A stretch of DNA of 14,008 bases, taken from positions 1 to 14,008 of the forward strand of contig JAEOTQ010000240.1 in NCBI GenBank assembly GCA_016839785.1, written 5' to 3'. This stretch comes from Candidatus Hodarchaeota archaeon. Its GTDB lineage: Archaea > Asgardarchaeota > Heimdallarchaeia > Hodarchaeales > Hodarchaeaceae. The translations under genes and the position numbers were made by a program. Under the pieces are notes generated by a model. That model was not told where the DNA came from, did no database searches, and saw only the letters and a list, made by a program, of their open reading frames with translations. Below are positions 1 through 7,825 of the stretch, piece after piece. Positions within the stretch are counted from its first letter, which is position 1, and each line of letters starts with the position of its first letter.

Positions 1-70
1 CAAGTATTTAAGACAGGTGGAAAATCACTGTTGACTTTTGTAAAAAGAATATCAAAAGGAGAAAAATATC

Positions 71-1513
71 ATGACAATAACAACAACAGCGCCATCGGAG
101 GAGATTAAAGAACCCTTTGGTAAACTATCGGGTCACCCCCGCTCATGGGTAGACCGATCAAAAAATAAACCAACCGATCTTTTTTCAATCGGAGGGGATA
201 CCCTTAATGCTTTACAGCTTAAGTGGGCACAACACATGTTCAATTATTTCCGTCCAACAGTGAAAGCGCTGGACAGGTTGGCAACAGAACAAGGGATTGA
301 CGAAATTAAAACATTAAATGATGTCGTTCCAGTTTTGTTTCAACATACAGCGTACAAATCGTACCCATTAAGTCTCATCGAGAAGAGACGCTTTGGAACC
401 CTGACCAAGTGGTTCGACAAATTCACTTCACACGATCTCTCATCGTGCTATGATGTTAAAGCAAAGTCCATAGATGACTGGTTAGACCAAGTTGAGGCAA
501 TTTCAGGACTAGAAGTAGTCCACTCTTCAGGAACATCTGGAAAACTGTCATTTTTACCCCGTAGCAAAGATGAAATGGATAATTACCTCAATGGATTCTT
601 AATGTGCTTGGAAATCATGTCTGGGTATAATTTCCATGAGAAACGCATGCCTTTTGTCGCCCCAATCTTTAGATCTGGGAGACAATTGACCCAACGATTA
701 GTCCAACTGCTAGGGCCAATGATTGCAAATGGTCAGGAAGATTTTGTCACCGCGTTTAATTTTCCCATGAGTGCGGATTTCATGTCTTTGGCAGGTCGAA
801 TCAAATCAGCCCAAGCCAAGGGCGAACTGGGGAAATTACAATTACTGAAAGCTATGAAGTGGAACAAAGGAGAACTCATTCGGATGAAACGAGCCATGCC
901 TAAAGCAATGGAAGAATTTTATGATCGAATCACCACAGAATATGCAGGGAAGCAAATTTTCCTTGCTGGAACATGGCCACAACTTGTCCCTCCTGCTTTA
1001 GAGGGACTTGAAAAGGGAATCAAAGGGATTTTCTCCCCTGAATCCTTTGTCTTAACAGGTGGTGGAATGAAAGGTGAGGTCTACCCCGAGGGCTGGTATG
1101 AAAAGACCTGTGAGTTTTGGGGTATGGAAAAAATCCGTGATGCTTATGGTATGACAGAAATGACTGGCGGTGGCGCTCCAAGCTGCAAATACCATCACTA
1201 TCACCTAACTCCCTATCACATCCCGTTCGTCTTAGATCCCGATACAGGTAAACCCTATCCTCGTGAAGGAATACAGACTGGTCGTTTTGGTTTCCTTGAC
1301 ATCCTGACCGAGACCTATTGGGGTGGTTTTATCACAGGCGATAAGGTTACTTTACACTGGGATGATTGTCCCTGTGGTCTCAAAGGGCCATGGATTGAAA
1401 ACAACATTGTGCGCTATAGCGAAGAACAGGGTGGCGATGACAAAATCTCTTGCGCAGGTGTTCAAGAAGCCCACGAAAACATGTTAGACTTCCTAACCGA
1501 AGAGGAGGATTAA
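71..1513 (+). CDS. luxE: LuxE-like acyl-protein synthetase (adenylate-forming enzyme)
   Basis: 480-aa ORF with adenylation-type motifs HSSGTSGKLSFLPR, GGGMKG, DAYGMTE, ITGD and CPCG, and a C-terminal Cys (DDKISCA). It lies directly upstream of a LuxC-like gene, with GGAG at 58-61 before the ATG. Confidence 0.8.
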   Translation: MTITTTAPSEEIKEPFGKLSGHPRSWVDRSKNKPTDLFSIGGDTLNALQLKWAQHMFNYFRPTVKALDRLATEQGIDEIKTLNDVVPVLFQHTAYKSYPLSLIEKRRFGTLTKWFDKFTSHDLSSCYDVKAKSIDDWLDQVEAISGLEVVHSSGTSGKLSFLPRSKDEMDNYLNGFLMCLEIMSGYNFHEKRMPFVAPIFRSGRQLTQRLVQLLGPMIANGQEDFVTAFNFPMSADFMSLAGRIKSAQAKGELGKLQLLKAMKWNKGELIRMKRAMPKAMEEFYDRITTEYAGKQIFLAGTWPQLVPPALEGLEKGIKGIFSPESFVLTGGGMKGEVYPEGWYEKTCEFWGMEKIRDAYGMTEMTGGGAPSCKYHHYHLTPYHIPFVLDPDTGKPYPREGIQTGRFGFLDILTETYWGGFITGDKVTLHWDDCPCGLKGPWIENNIVRYSEEQGGDDKISCAGVQEAHENMLDFLTEEED

Positions 1514-1517
1514 TCCC

Positions 1518-1536
1518 TTTTTCTTTTTTTTTATTT
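1518..1536 (+). terminator. Oligo-T tract, possible archaeal-type terminator or attenuation point between luxE and luxC
   Basis: TTTTTCTTTTTTTTTATTT immediately after the luxE stop codon. Confidence 0.35.
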
Positions 1537-1553
1537 GTTCACGGTGACGCATA

Positions 1554-3020
1554 ATGCAAATGATCTTAGATGATTCAGACATAAAAGCTCCCATCAAGAC
1601 AGAATATGAAGTCCCCCTCGTCGTGCGTGGGGAAGTTATCACTGATTATTCCAAGACCTTTGGAGAGCGACATGGTTCTGCTCAATTTGTCACTCCTGAT
1701 GCAAAAAAATACCTGCGGAAAATAGTGTTACAAAACCCCGCCAGACTCAAGGACTTGTATGACGTAAGTATCAGTGAGATCCTAGAATTTCTCCATGACC
1801 TTGGCCAACGATGCATTCTTTCGGAAAATGAGTATCTCCAAGAAGCATTCGCCCTAAATCGGTCTGCTTCAGGACTCACTGATAGTGTCTTGACCACGAC
1901 CTACAACGCGATTCCGACCTTCTTAGACAAAGTAAACCTCGCGGAAATGTTGGACAAACGGATTGGTATTAACTATCTCGAAAGATGGGTGCCGACAACC
2001 ATGAATGATGGCCGTACAGTGTCTATCAGGGCATTTGGAGCGAAAACATGCCACATTACTGCGGGGAATGTCCCTCTCGTAGCAGTCGGATCGCTAGCCA
2101 GAAGTTGTGGAACTCGCTGTGATACTATCATCAAATCGCCATCTAACGACCCACTGACAGCAACAGCGCTTGCGCAGACCATGATTGATATGGAACCAAA
2201 TCATCCCATCACCAAGCACGTCACAGTGGTTTATTGGAAAGGAGGCAATGCTGAGTTCGAGTCTGCCTTCTACCAGCCCCAAAACGTCGAGAAAATCATC
2301 GCATGGGGTGGGTACGCGTCTGTTAAGCATATCTCAAAATATATGCAACCTGGTATTGATCTCATAACGTTAGATCCCAAGCTCAGTATGTCTATCATCG
2401 GTCGAGAAGCATTCTCCAATGACCAGACTTTACAGACCGCTGCACAACGAGCTGCAATTGATGTGGGGAGCCTTAACCAAGAAGCGTGCGTCAATAGCCG
2501 GGTCATCTATGTCCACTCTGAGACAGACGACCAAGGTATTATCAATGTGAATAAACTCGGCCAATACCTCTATGAAGCACTAGTGAATCTCCCATCTCAC
2601 ATCTCTACCCCTGCTAAACATTTTGATCTAAATCTAAAAGCCAAGATAGATGGAATCCGTATGGACGGTGAATTTTATCAGGTCTTTGGCGGTCAAAATA
2701 ATGAAGGGGCAGTCATCGTGTCACAACTAGACGAACCTGTGGATTTCTCCCCTGATCTCTGTGGTCGAGTGGTGAACCTTGTTCCAGTGGATGATCTACA
2801 GACAGTTGTCCAATCCGTCAATGCATACACGCAGACAGTTGGGATATACCCCGAAAAGTTGAAGCTCGCCATTCGGAACGACTTAATTCGATCTGGAGTC
2901 CAGAGGATTGTATCATTGGGTTTTGCAGCACAATTCGGTTTCGCCACTCCGCAGGACGCTATTGAACCTCTTAGACGTATGTGTAAATGGGTGATGGACG
3001 AAGTATCAGTCAACGATTGA
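1554..3020 (+). CDS. luxC: LuxC-family acyl-CoA/acyl-protein reductase (ALDH fold)
   Basis: 488-aa ORF with HITAGNVP, IIKSPSNDP, IIAWGG, a putative catalytic Cys in NQEACVNSR, and QTVGIYP/GVQRIV near the C-terminus, all typical of LuxC. Confidence 0.88.
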   Translation: MQMILDDSDIKAPIKTEYEVPLVVRGEVITDYSKTFGERHGSAQFVTPDAKKYLRKIVLQNPARLKDLYDVSISEILEFLHDLGQRCILSENEYLQEAFALNRSASGLTDSVLTTTYNAIPTFLDKVNLAEMLDKRIGINYLERWVPTTMNDGRTVSIRAFGAKTCHITAGNVPLVAVGSLARSCGTRCDTIIKSPSNDPLTATALAQTMIDMEPNHPITKHVTVVYWKGGNAEFESAFYQPQNVEKIIAWGGYASVKHISKYMQPGIDLITLDPKLSMSIIGREAFSNDQTLQTAAQRAAIDVGSLNQEACVNSRVIYVHSETDDQGIINVNKLGQYLYEALVNLPSHISTPAKHFDLNLKAKIDGIRMDGEFYQVFGGQNNEGAVIVSQLDEPVDFSPDLCGRVVNLVPVDDLQTVVQSVNAYTQTVGIYPEKLKLAIRNDLIRSGVQRIVSLGFAAQFGFATPQDAIEPLRRMCKWVMDEVSVND

Positions 3021-3046
3021 TTCTCTTCTTTGGAGGTACAAAGAAG

Positions 3047-3385
3047 ATGGAACAATTGGATCAACCTATAGACGAGTGTCAAAACAAAGTCACCGACTCC
3101 GAGGAGATCAAACTCTTCTACTGTATAGTAACAAGAGATTACTTTGATCAATGTCCTCCGAAATGCCCTTATTTTGTGATTGGATCATCGATTCCCATGG
3201 ATCTCATCTATCAACACAATTTTGAGATGGAGTGTCCCTTTTTCAGTTTAATTGCTCAATTAACCCCTGACGATGAAAAAATGTTTACCTGCACTAGAAA
3301 CGATGGACTTCCTCAATGCGAGCAATGTACATCACACCCCTTACGGATCCCTAACAAGAATGACTACAGTATTACTTCCGATTGA
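3047..3385 (+). CDS. Small Cys-rich hypothetical protein (112 aa) with two putative 4-Cys metal-binding modules
   Basis: ATG at 3047 is preceded by GGAGGT (3032-3037) and avoids overlap with luxC. It has 8 Cys, arranged as C-x14-C-x9-C-x3-C and C-x18-C-x8-C-x2-C. Confidence 0.7.
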   Translation: MEQLDQPIDECQNKVTDSEEIKLFYCIVTRDYFDQCPPKCPYFVIGSSIPMDLIYQHNFEMECPFFSLIAQLTPDDEKMFTCTRNDGLPQCEQCTSHPLRIPNKNDYSITSD

Positions 3386-3406
3386 GGGTTATTCCCTCTT
3401 TTTCTT
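3384..3406 (+). terminator. Short hairpin plus T-tract, putative terminator
   Basis: GAGGG-TTATT-CCCTC followed by TTTTTCTT, at the stop codon of the Cys-rich gene. Confidence 0.5.
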
Positions 3407-3419
3407 AAAAATCGATCAT

Positions 3420-3449
3420 TGATATAATCCGGTGTATGATCTTATATCA
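3420..3449. promoter_or_regulatory. Inverted repeat TGATATAA-N14-TTATATCA upstream of a TATA-like box
   Basis: Perfect 8-bp arms at 3420-3427 and 3442-3449. A TATA-like TTTTTAAGTA follows at about 3465-3474, ahead of the ATG at 3507. Confidence 0.3.
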
Positions 3450-3506
3450 CCTATTCCGGTTAATTTTTTAAGTAAAACCAGTCGAATAGCTAATTGAGGT
3501 TATATC

Positions 3507-3785
3507 ATGCCTGTTGCTTCAAACGAAATTATTCCTGGATTCATTTTGAACGGACAAAAATATCGAAAAACACAGACCGATGTTATAGAAAGTCTTGATA
3601 CTTTTGTTCCATTGGAGATGAATTGCAATCGGAAATATTATATTGAACATAAAGGAGAGCGCTTCCCGATTAAACAAGTTGTTTCAGAGATCACTGGACA
3701 ACCCCGCTCAAGTTTTCTAGCATCCGATGCGTATCGTATTCTCCTGAACCTTGGATTTGAGATCAAGAATTTGGATTATTCCTGA
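3507..3785 (+). CDS. Small hypothetical protein, SCO5918-like / restriction-associated nucleic-acid-binding domain
   Basis: 92 aa with GAGGT at 3496-3500. The pattern YYIEHKGERFPIKQVV...FLASDAYRILLNLGFEI resembles, from recall, the G-x-R-[YF]-P-x-K-Q...LGF domain. Confidence 0.6.
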   Translation: MPVASNEIIPGFILNGQKYRKTQTDVIESLDTFVPLEMNCNRKYYIEHKGERFPIKQVVSEITGQPRSSFLASDAYRILLNLGFEIKNLDYS

Positions 3786-3839
3786 AATTCTTTTTATTCT
3801 ATTTAACTCCTCTAGACCAGTCATTATCGAATCGTCTCA

Positions 3840-4202
3840 CTATTCTGTTCCGATATATTCTCTATTCACTGCGATCTTGTTTCGCAAATATTCCTGTTCA
3901 ATTTTGTTCTGTTGAATGTTTGTGTCTAGCTCTTCAATATTTTTTTCTCGTGTCTGATATTCTTCAGATTCTGTCAATTGTCTAGTAACTTCCGTTTTCC
4001 GCATGGTCTCATTAGTAAATCTCTTATTTCCCTGTTCATCAGTGTCAGTATAGACATCTATCGTTACCTGACTGATGATCAATTGTTGCTCTTTCTTTAA
4101 ATTACTTAACGTCTTTATTAGCTTTAAATGTGCCAACTGCTCCTTTTTCAGCTGCTCTATGTCCTTAAGAGTTGCTTGATAAATTTGGTCCATACCAGTC
4201 AA
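3840..4202 (-). CDS. Coiled-coil hypothetical protein
   Basis: 120-aa ORF with heptad-rich helices either side of a DEQGNKRFTNETMRK loop. The TTG start has an SD-like GGCGGTG 6 nt upstream; an alternative ATG is at 4193. Confidence 0.75.
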   Translation of the reverse strand: MTGMDQIYQATLKDIEQLKKEQLAHLKLIKTLSNLKKEQQLIISQVTIDVYTDTDEQGNKRFTNETMRKTEVTRQLTESEEYQTREKNIEELDTNIQQNKIEQEYLRNKIAVNREYIGTE

Positions 4203-4737
4203 GTCTTACACCGCCTAACACCCTACTTTTGGATTGATTACAAATTAAATCACACTTTTCTCATCATTCAAGGTTTTTTTGTTTAATTGCCAAATGTAGT
4301 TGGACAGGACTCCTATCGCGTATAAGGCTAAAAATCGAATCTTACTCGCGATGATCTTAGATCAGGAGTATGTAAGTAAGAAATTGCAATGCGCGGAATA
4401 TCTATCCCTTCCTATTTCTAATACCAGTGTTTACCGTTCTTTCGGGAAGGAAATTGATGAGATTCTGGAGTTTTTTCACATCCTCCAGTCTTTCCTCACG
4501 ATGAAGAGTAAATAGTAAATGACCTATTTTACTCTCTAAATATTTTCATGGCCATTATAAGTGATCGTATTATCAGGCTATATAATCAGGTCACGCAGAG
4601 CTGGAATTCAACCTCTAACTAGTCTTATCAGACCAAGGATGAGGTCCTTCTTTTTATGAACACAATCTAGACTTCTTATCCAGTGGAACCTATTTCCTAG
4701 ATACGATTCTTCTGAACAAATTGGTATATTACTATTA

Positions 4738-4896
4738 CTAATCAAATCTTGGGGGTGCGCATCCGTCGGTAGCATTACCACCTGTTAAAGATGCAGATAG
4801 TAAGAATAATAATATCATGAAGAACACTGGAAGAAATTTCCATATTGTTAATTCAATGTCTAATTTTTTATCTCTCATTCGTAGGGTTCGATTCAT
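4738..4896 (-). CDS. Putative 52-aa membrane or secreted peptide (not in the ORF track)
   Basis: Translates as MNRTLRMRDKKLDIELTIWKFLPVFFMILLFLLSASLTGGNATDGCAPPRFD*, with a basic N-terminus and one strongly hydrophobic segment. It is divergent from the gene at 5022. Confidence 0.4.
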   Translation of the reverse strand: MNRTLRMRDKKLDIELTIWKFLPVFFMILLFLLSASLTGGNATDGCAPPRFD

Positions 4897-4944
4897 TTTT
4901 ATCACTTTATTCGGCTTTATTTCTTTTTCTAAGGAGTTTTTTAC

Positions 4945-4998
4945 GAAATCCGAAGGATTTCTCTAGAGAAACTATCAGTGAATAGATAGACTTAAATG
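4945..4998. promoter_or_regulatory. Divergent promoter region with two overlapping palindromes and a BRE/TATA-like element
   Basis: GAAATCC-GAA-GGATTTC (4945-4961) overlaps the perfect palindrome TTTCTCTAGAGAAA (4958-4971). Purine-rich AATAGATAGA and then TTAAA (4992-4996) lie 26-30 nt before the ATG at 5022. Confidence 0.45.
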
Positions 4999-5021
4999 TT
5001 TTTATTGGCCCACAGTATAGC

Positions 5022-6497
5022 ATGGTGAGTAAAAAAGGAAAGGAAGACACAAATCCTCTCCAATACTTAGCCAATATCCGACAAAATCAATCATCCGTCC
5101 AAAAGCAGGTACTAAGTAAAGCTGATGGTTTTGTCGTGGATTTTCTTTCAATATGGGATGCTATACATTCCGAAGCTCCCAATCTTGCTCTTGCTGATAT
5201 AAAAAAGTATTCTAAAGACATTTTAGACACCATAACATTACCTTTTTATGAAAAACATAAAAATAAGATAACGCTCGAAAAGTATGACGCTTGGTTAAAT
5301 GAGTACTCCTCTGTTGTGATTAACTGGGTTGGTAGGGGAAGAATTATGTTCCCTCTGCGTTTAATCACGTATGAAATAGTCAATCATTCTGACAGATTAC
5401 TTGAATTTTACTTGGAAAAACTGCAAACAAAAGAGATTAAGGGAACGACCGAGAATCTTTTCTCTTTCCTATTCCCAAGACTGATCAACGTTGCTATTCC
5501 TCTTAATGAGGTTGATTTATTGATCTTGAAGTCCCTTCAGGCTTTACAAAATGAGTCTAAGGATCTATTCAAGGGAGCATCGAGAGATGATATATCACGT
5601 TTCACCAATGCATCAACAAGAACGATTGTCAGACGAATTCAAAACATTAGATTTTTCCAAATCTCTATCCCAATACATTTTCTTGATATGGCTAAATTGG
5701 GGTATGAAACTTTCCTCCTGTCACACTTCAAACCGATCCCTGATCAATTGAAACCTTATGCATTAAATTCAGTAGATCTCAGTGTAAGTCAGTTCTCCCT
5801 CTTTCAAGTACCTACAACAAAGACCAAGGTATATATGCAACTGCAGGACGATCTGGAACCAACGTTATTCCACAAAATGGAACATAGAATCCACTCTTGG
5901 AATTTAACAGGACTTACTGTAGGGAAAGATGGGTGGAGAATCCCTCCTCACTTCATATATTGCGAACCAAAGACGCAATCTATTTCACCCTCACCGACCA
6001 TTGATACATCATTGTTACCAGAAATTGATACGTTCCGAAAATTAACTCCAGCAGACATCAAGATCCTCGAATTTATCACTACTAAAGGAGCAACAAAAAA
6101 TAAAAAAGAGCTCAGCAGATCTGTGAAAGTTTCTCTACCTGAAACATCTCAACGGTTAGACGAGTACAACACAAATAATTTGATATTCAAGGTACACCAA
6201 TTTTTCAACCTTGGCTTAGATCTAAGTATATCATTTTTCATTGTTAGTCCCAACAGTTATGAAATACCTTGGATTCAACAGCTCCTGACATTCCCAGGTG
6301 TAGACGCCTTCTATTCTACAGATCAAACTAGTTCGTCCTTTTTCGGGCATATCAAACTCCCCAATAAATGGTTCAAGGGATTCACGCGTAAAATCACTCG
6401 CCTGAAGAATGAATTTCCAGAGCTAAGGATCTATTATACTGCAGAAGTCCCGTCTATTCCTAAATGGAATTTATCTCTTGCAGAGACTTATTTCTAA
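5022..6497 (+). CDS. Double Lrp/AsnC-like winged-helix regulator, paralog 1
   Basis: 491 aa. Module 1 is LNEVDLLILKSLQ...ASTRTIVRRI...DMAKLGYETFL and module 2 is LTPADIKILEFI...VSLPETSQRLDEY...FNLGLDLSISFFI. It aligns end to end by eye with three other genes in the window. Confidence 0.8.
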   Translation: MVSKKGKEDTNPLQYLANIRQNQSSVQKQVLSKADGFVVDFLSIWDAIHSEAPNLALADIKKYSKDILDTITLPFYEKHKNKITLEKYDAWLNEYSSVVINWVGRGRIMFPLRLITYEIVNHSDRLLEFYLEKLQTKEIKGTTENLFSFLFPRLINVAIPLNEVDLLILKSLQALQNESKDLFKGASRDDISRFTNASTRTIVRRIQNIRFFQISIPIHFLDMAKLGYETFLLSHFKPIPDQLKPYALNSVDLSVSQFSLFQVPTTKTKVYMQLQDDLEPTLFHKMEHRIHSWNLTGLTVGKDGWRIPPHFIYCEPKTQSISPSPTIDTSLLPEIDTFRKLTPADIKILEFITTKGATKNKKELSRSVKVSLPETSQRLDEYNTNNLIFKVHQFFNLGLDLSISFFIVSPNSYEIPWIQQLLTFPGVDAFYSTDQTSSSFFGHIKLPNKWFKGFTRKITRLKNEFPELRIYYTAEVPSIPKWNLSLAETYF

Positions 6498-6820
6498 TTT
6501 TTCCCCTTCTCTCTACCTGCCAATATGAAAAAAGTCTTTGGTCTACCGACTTGGGTGCGATTTTCAGAAAAACTTGTGACATATCCCTTCACGGTCAGTC
6601 GAGTTAAGCTATCATAAAGTGTCGAGCGTGCGATCCCTGTGATATCCATTAATTCTCCTCTTGTAATGGGCTGTCCTTCTTTTCGCAAGATATGTAATAT
6701 TTCCTTGTCTATTGAGTGGACTAATATTCGTTTCTCTTTCTCTATTTTCGCCCTCAACTCTTTAAAAGGAACTCTATACTCAGAGATTCTCATTGTTTGA
6801 TTTTTTGACATGATTTTCAC
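6494..6820 (-). CDS. Winged helix-turn-helix transcriptional regulator (TrmB/ArsR-like)
   Basis: DKEILHILRKEGQPITRGELMDITGIARSTLYDSLTRLTVKGYV...GRPKTFF is a typical wHTH with a GRP wing. The GTG start overlaps the upstream stop; an alternative ATG is at 6811. Confidence 0.85.
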   Translation of the reverse strand: MKIMSKNQTMRISEYRVPFKELRAKIEKEKRILVHSIDKEILHILRKEGQPITRGELMDITGIARSTLYDSLTRLTVKGYVTSFSENRTQVGRPKTFFILAGREKGKN

Positions 6821-7272
6821 ATTGATTTTTCTTTCATTTTGGCAATATCATCTTGAAGCTCTTTGATGATCTGACTGTAAGGACGAAGGAGACACAAATT
6901 GATATTGTCTACCTCTCTGTCGTTATTTGTACTAATTTGTGAGCCAATATCGACCAATAATGGTAAACCCTTGGGGACATACACGATCCCTTCCCTTATC
7001 AGTCGAAATATTACCTGAAGGATACTCCTTTTTTCATCTACTGTCCGTATCCCTAACACATTCAACACATAGCGTAAGTTCTGGGTATCAGTATCCTTGA
7101 ATGATAATAAGAAGAGAGCCCGTGTGGCTAATGAAACAAACTCCTCTCCTTCTTTCTCTTCGTCAAGTCCAATCGTATTCCCATTCTTATTAGGAATATG
7201 ATTTCTTCCATTTGTGACTCCTTCCTCTTCACTCCTACCTAGATTCTCCAGGTACACTTTATGAACCTCCAT
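6817..7272 (-). CDS. Hypothetical protein, possible degenerate winged helix
   Basis: 151 aa, overlapping both neighbours. It has an acidic, probably disordered N-terminus, and SILQVIFRLIREGIVYV resembles a wHTH recognition helix and strand. Confidence 0.7.
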   Translation of the reverse strand: MEVHKVYLENLGRSEEEGVTNGRNHIPNKNGNTIGLDEEKEGEEFVSLATRALFLLSFKDTDTQNLRYVLNVLGIRTVDEKRSILQVIFRLIREGIVYVPKGLPLLVDIGSQISTNNDREVDNINLCLLRPYSQIIKELQDDIAKMKEKSM

Positions 7273-7543
7273 TCAGGATATACCGCGAGCTGTCTTCTGG
7301 ATCTTGGATCAGGTGTACTTTTTCGTGGGTAAAAAATTCAATTAGGTCAAGGAAATAGGTCAGGAGATGTTTCTCTTCCTCGTTGGAATACAACCCTTCA
7401 TGATCAACCTTCAAGAAGCCCAGCTCGTTCTGACACTCAAATGACACAAGCAAATTAGTAGAAAGATAAATCAATTGAAAGAGTTGATCTAAGGTCTTTT
7501 TCAAGCCAAAGTGCTCTAGAACTTGCATATTTCCTACATCCAT
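7259..7543 (-). CDS. Hypothetical protein, first gene of a three-gene operon
   Basis: 94-aa ORF with an ATG start and a 14-nt overlap with the next gene. No family recognised. Confidence 0.65.
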   Translation of the reverse strand: MDVGNMQVLEHFGLKKTLDQLFQLIYLSTNLLVSFECQNELGFLKVDHEGLYSNEEEKHLLTYFLDLIEFFTHEKVHLIQDPEDSSRYILNGGS

Positions 7544-7585
7544 GTGTTATCGATCAAATCTGACTTGATTCATACATTAGAGACC

Positions 7586-7745
7586 ATGATACTAATAATA
7601 GAAAGGTAACCAAAAGTGCCATTTTTTCGAAAAAGGTGTCACTAAATGGTTGATGACGAAAAAGCAAACTAAAATTAGATCACATTAATATTCATCTTTT
7701 CAGTTGACTTAGTTTAACTTCAGTAGTTCGATTTTGTCGGGTTTC
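7586..7745. repeat. Conserved intergenic element, copy 1
   Basis: Direct repeat of 9333-9491. Manual alignment gives about 132/160 identical, and the core at 7601-7663 is 60/63 identical. It contains an imperfect dyad centred on TTTTTCGAAAAA. Confidence 0.92.
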
Positions 7746-7825
7746 CAATAGGTCAAAGAGAACATAAAATTGATTATTTGAGGAAAATTTCACTCTGAGA
7801 AGGACTTTTCTGGGGATTTCAATAC

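Noticed and set aside
71-3020. Bioluminescence operon
   Set aside because: No luciferase (luxA/luxB), luxD or luxG in the window; luxC and luxE alone do not imply light production.
1682-3151. Shadow ORFs overlapping luxC (1682-1897, 1973-2182, 2094-2330, 2185-2367, 2270-2506, 2693-3151)
   Set aside because: They are antisense or out of frame within a well-supported gene and show no recognisable motifs.
3420-3449. Xer/dif recombination site
   Set aside because: The arms resemble archaeal dif half-sites, but the spacer is 14 bp rather than about 6, and no recombinase is nearby.
4300-4515. 71-aa plus-strand ORF
   Set aside because: TTG start, no SD-like site and no recognisable motif; it cannot be supported as a gene.
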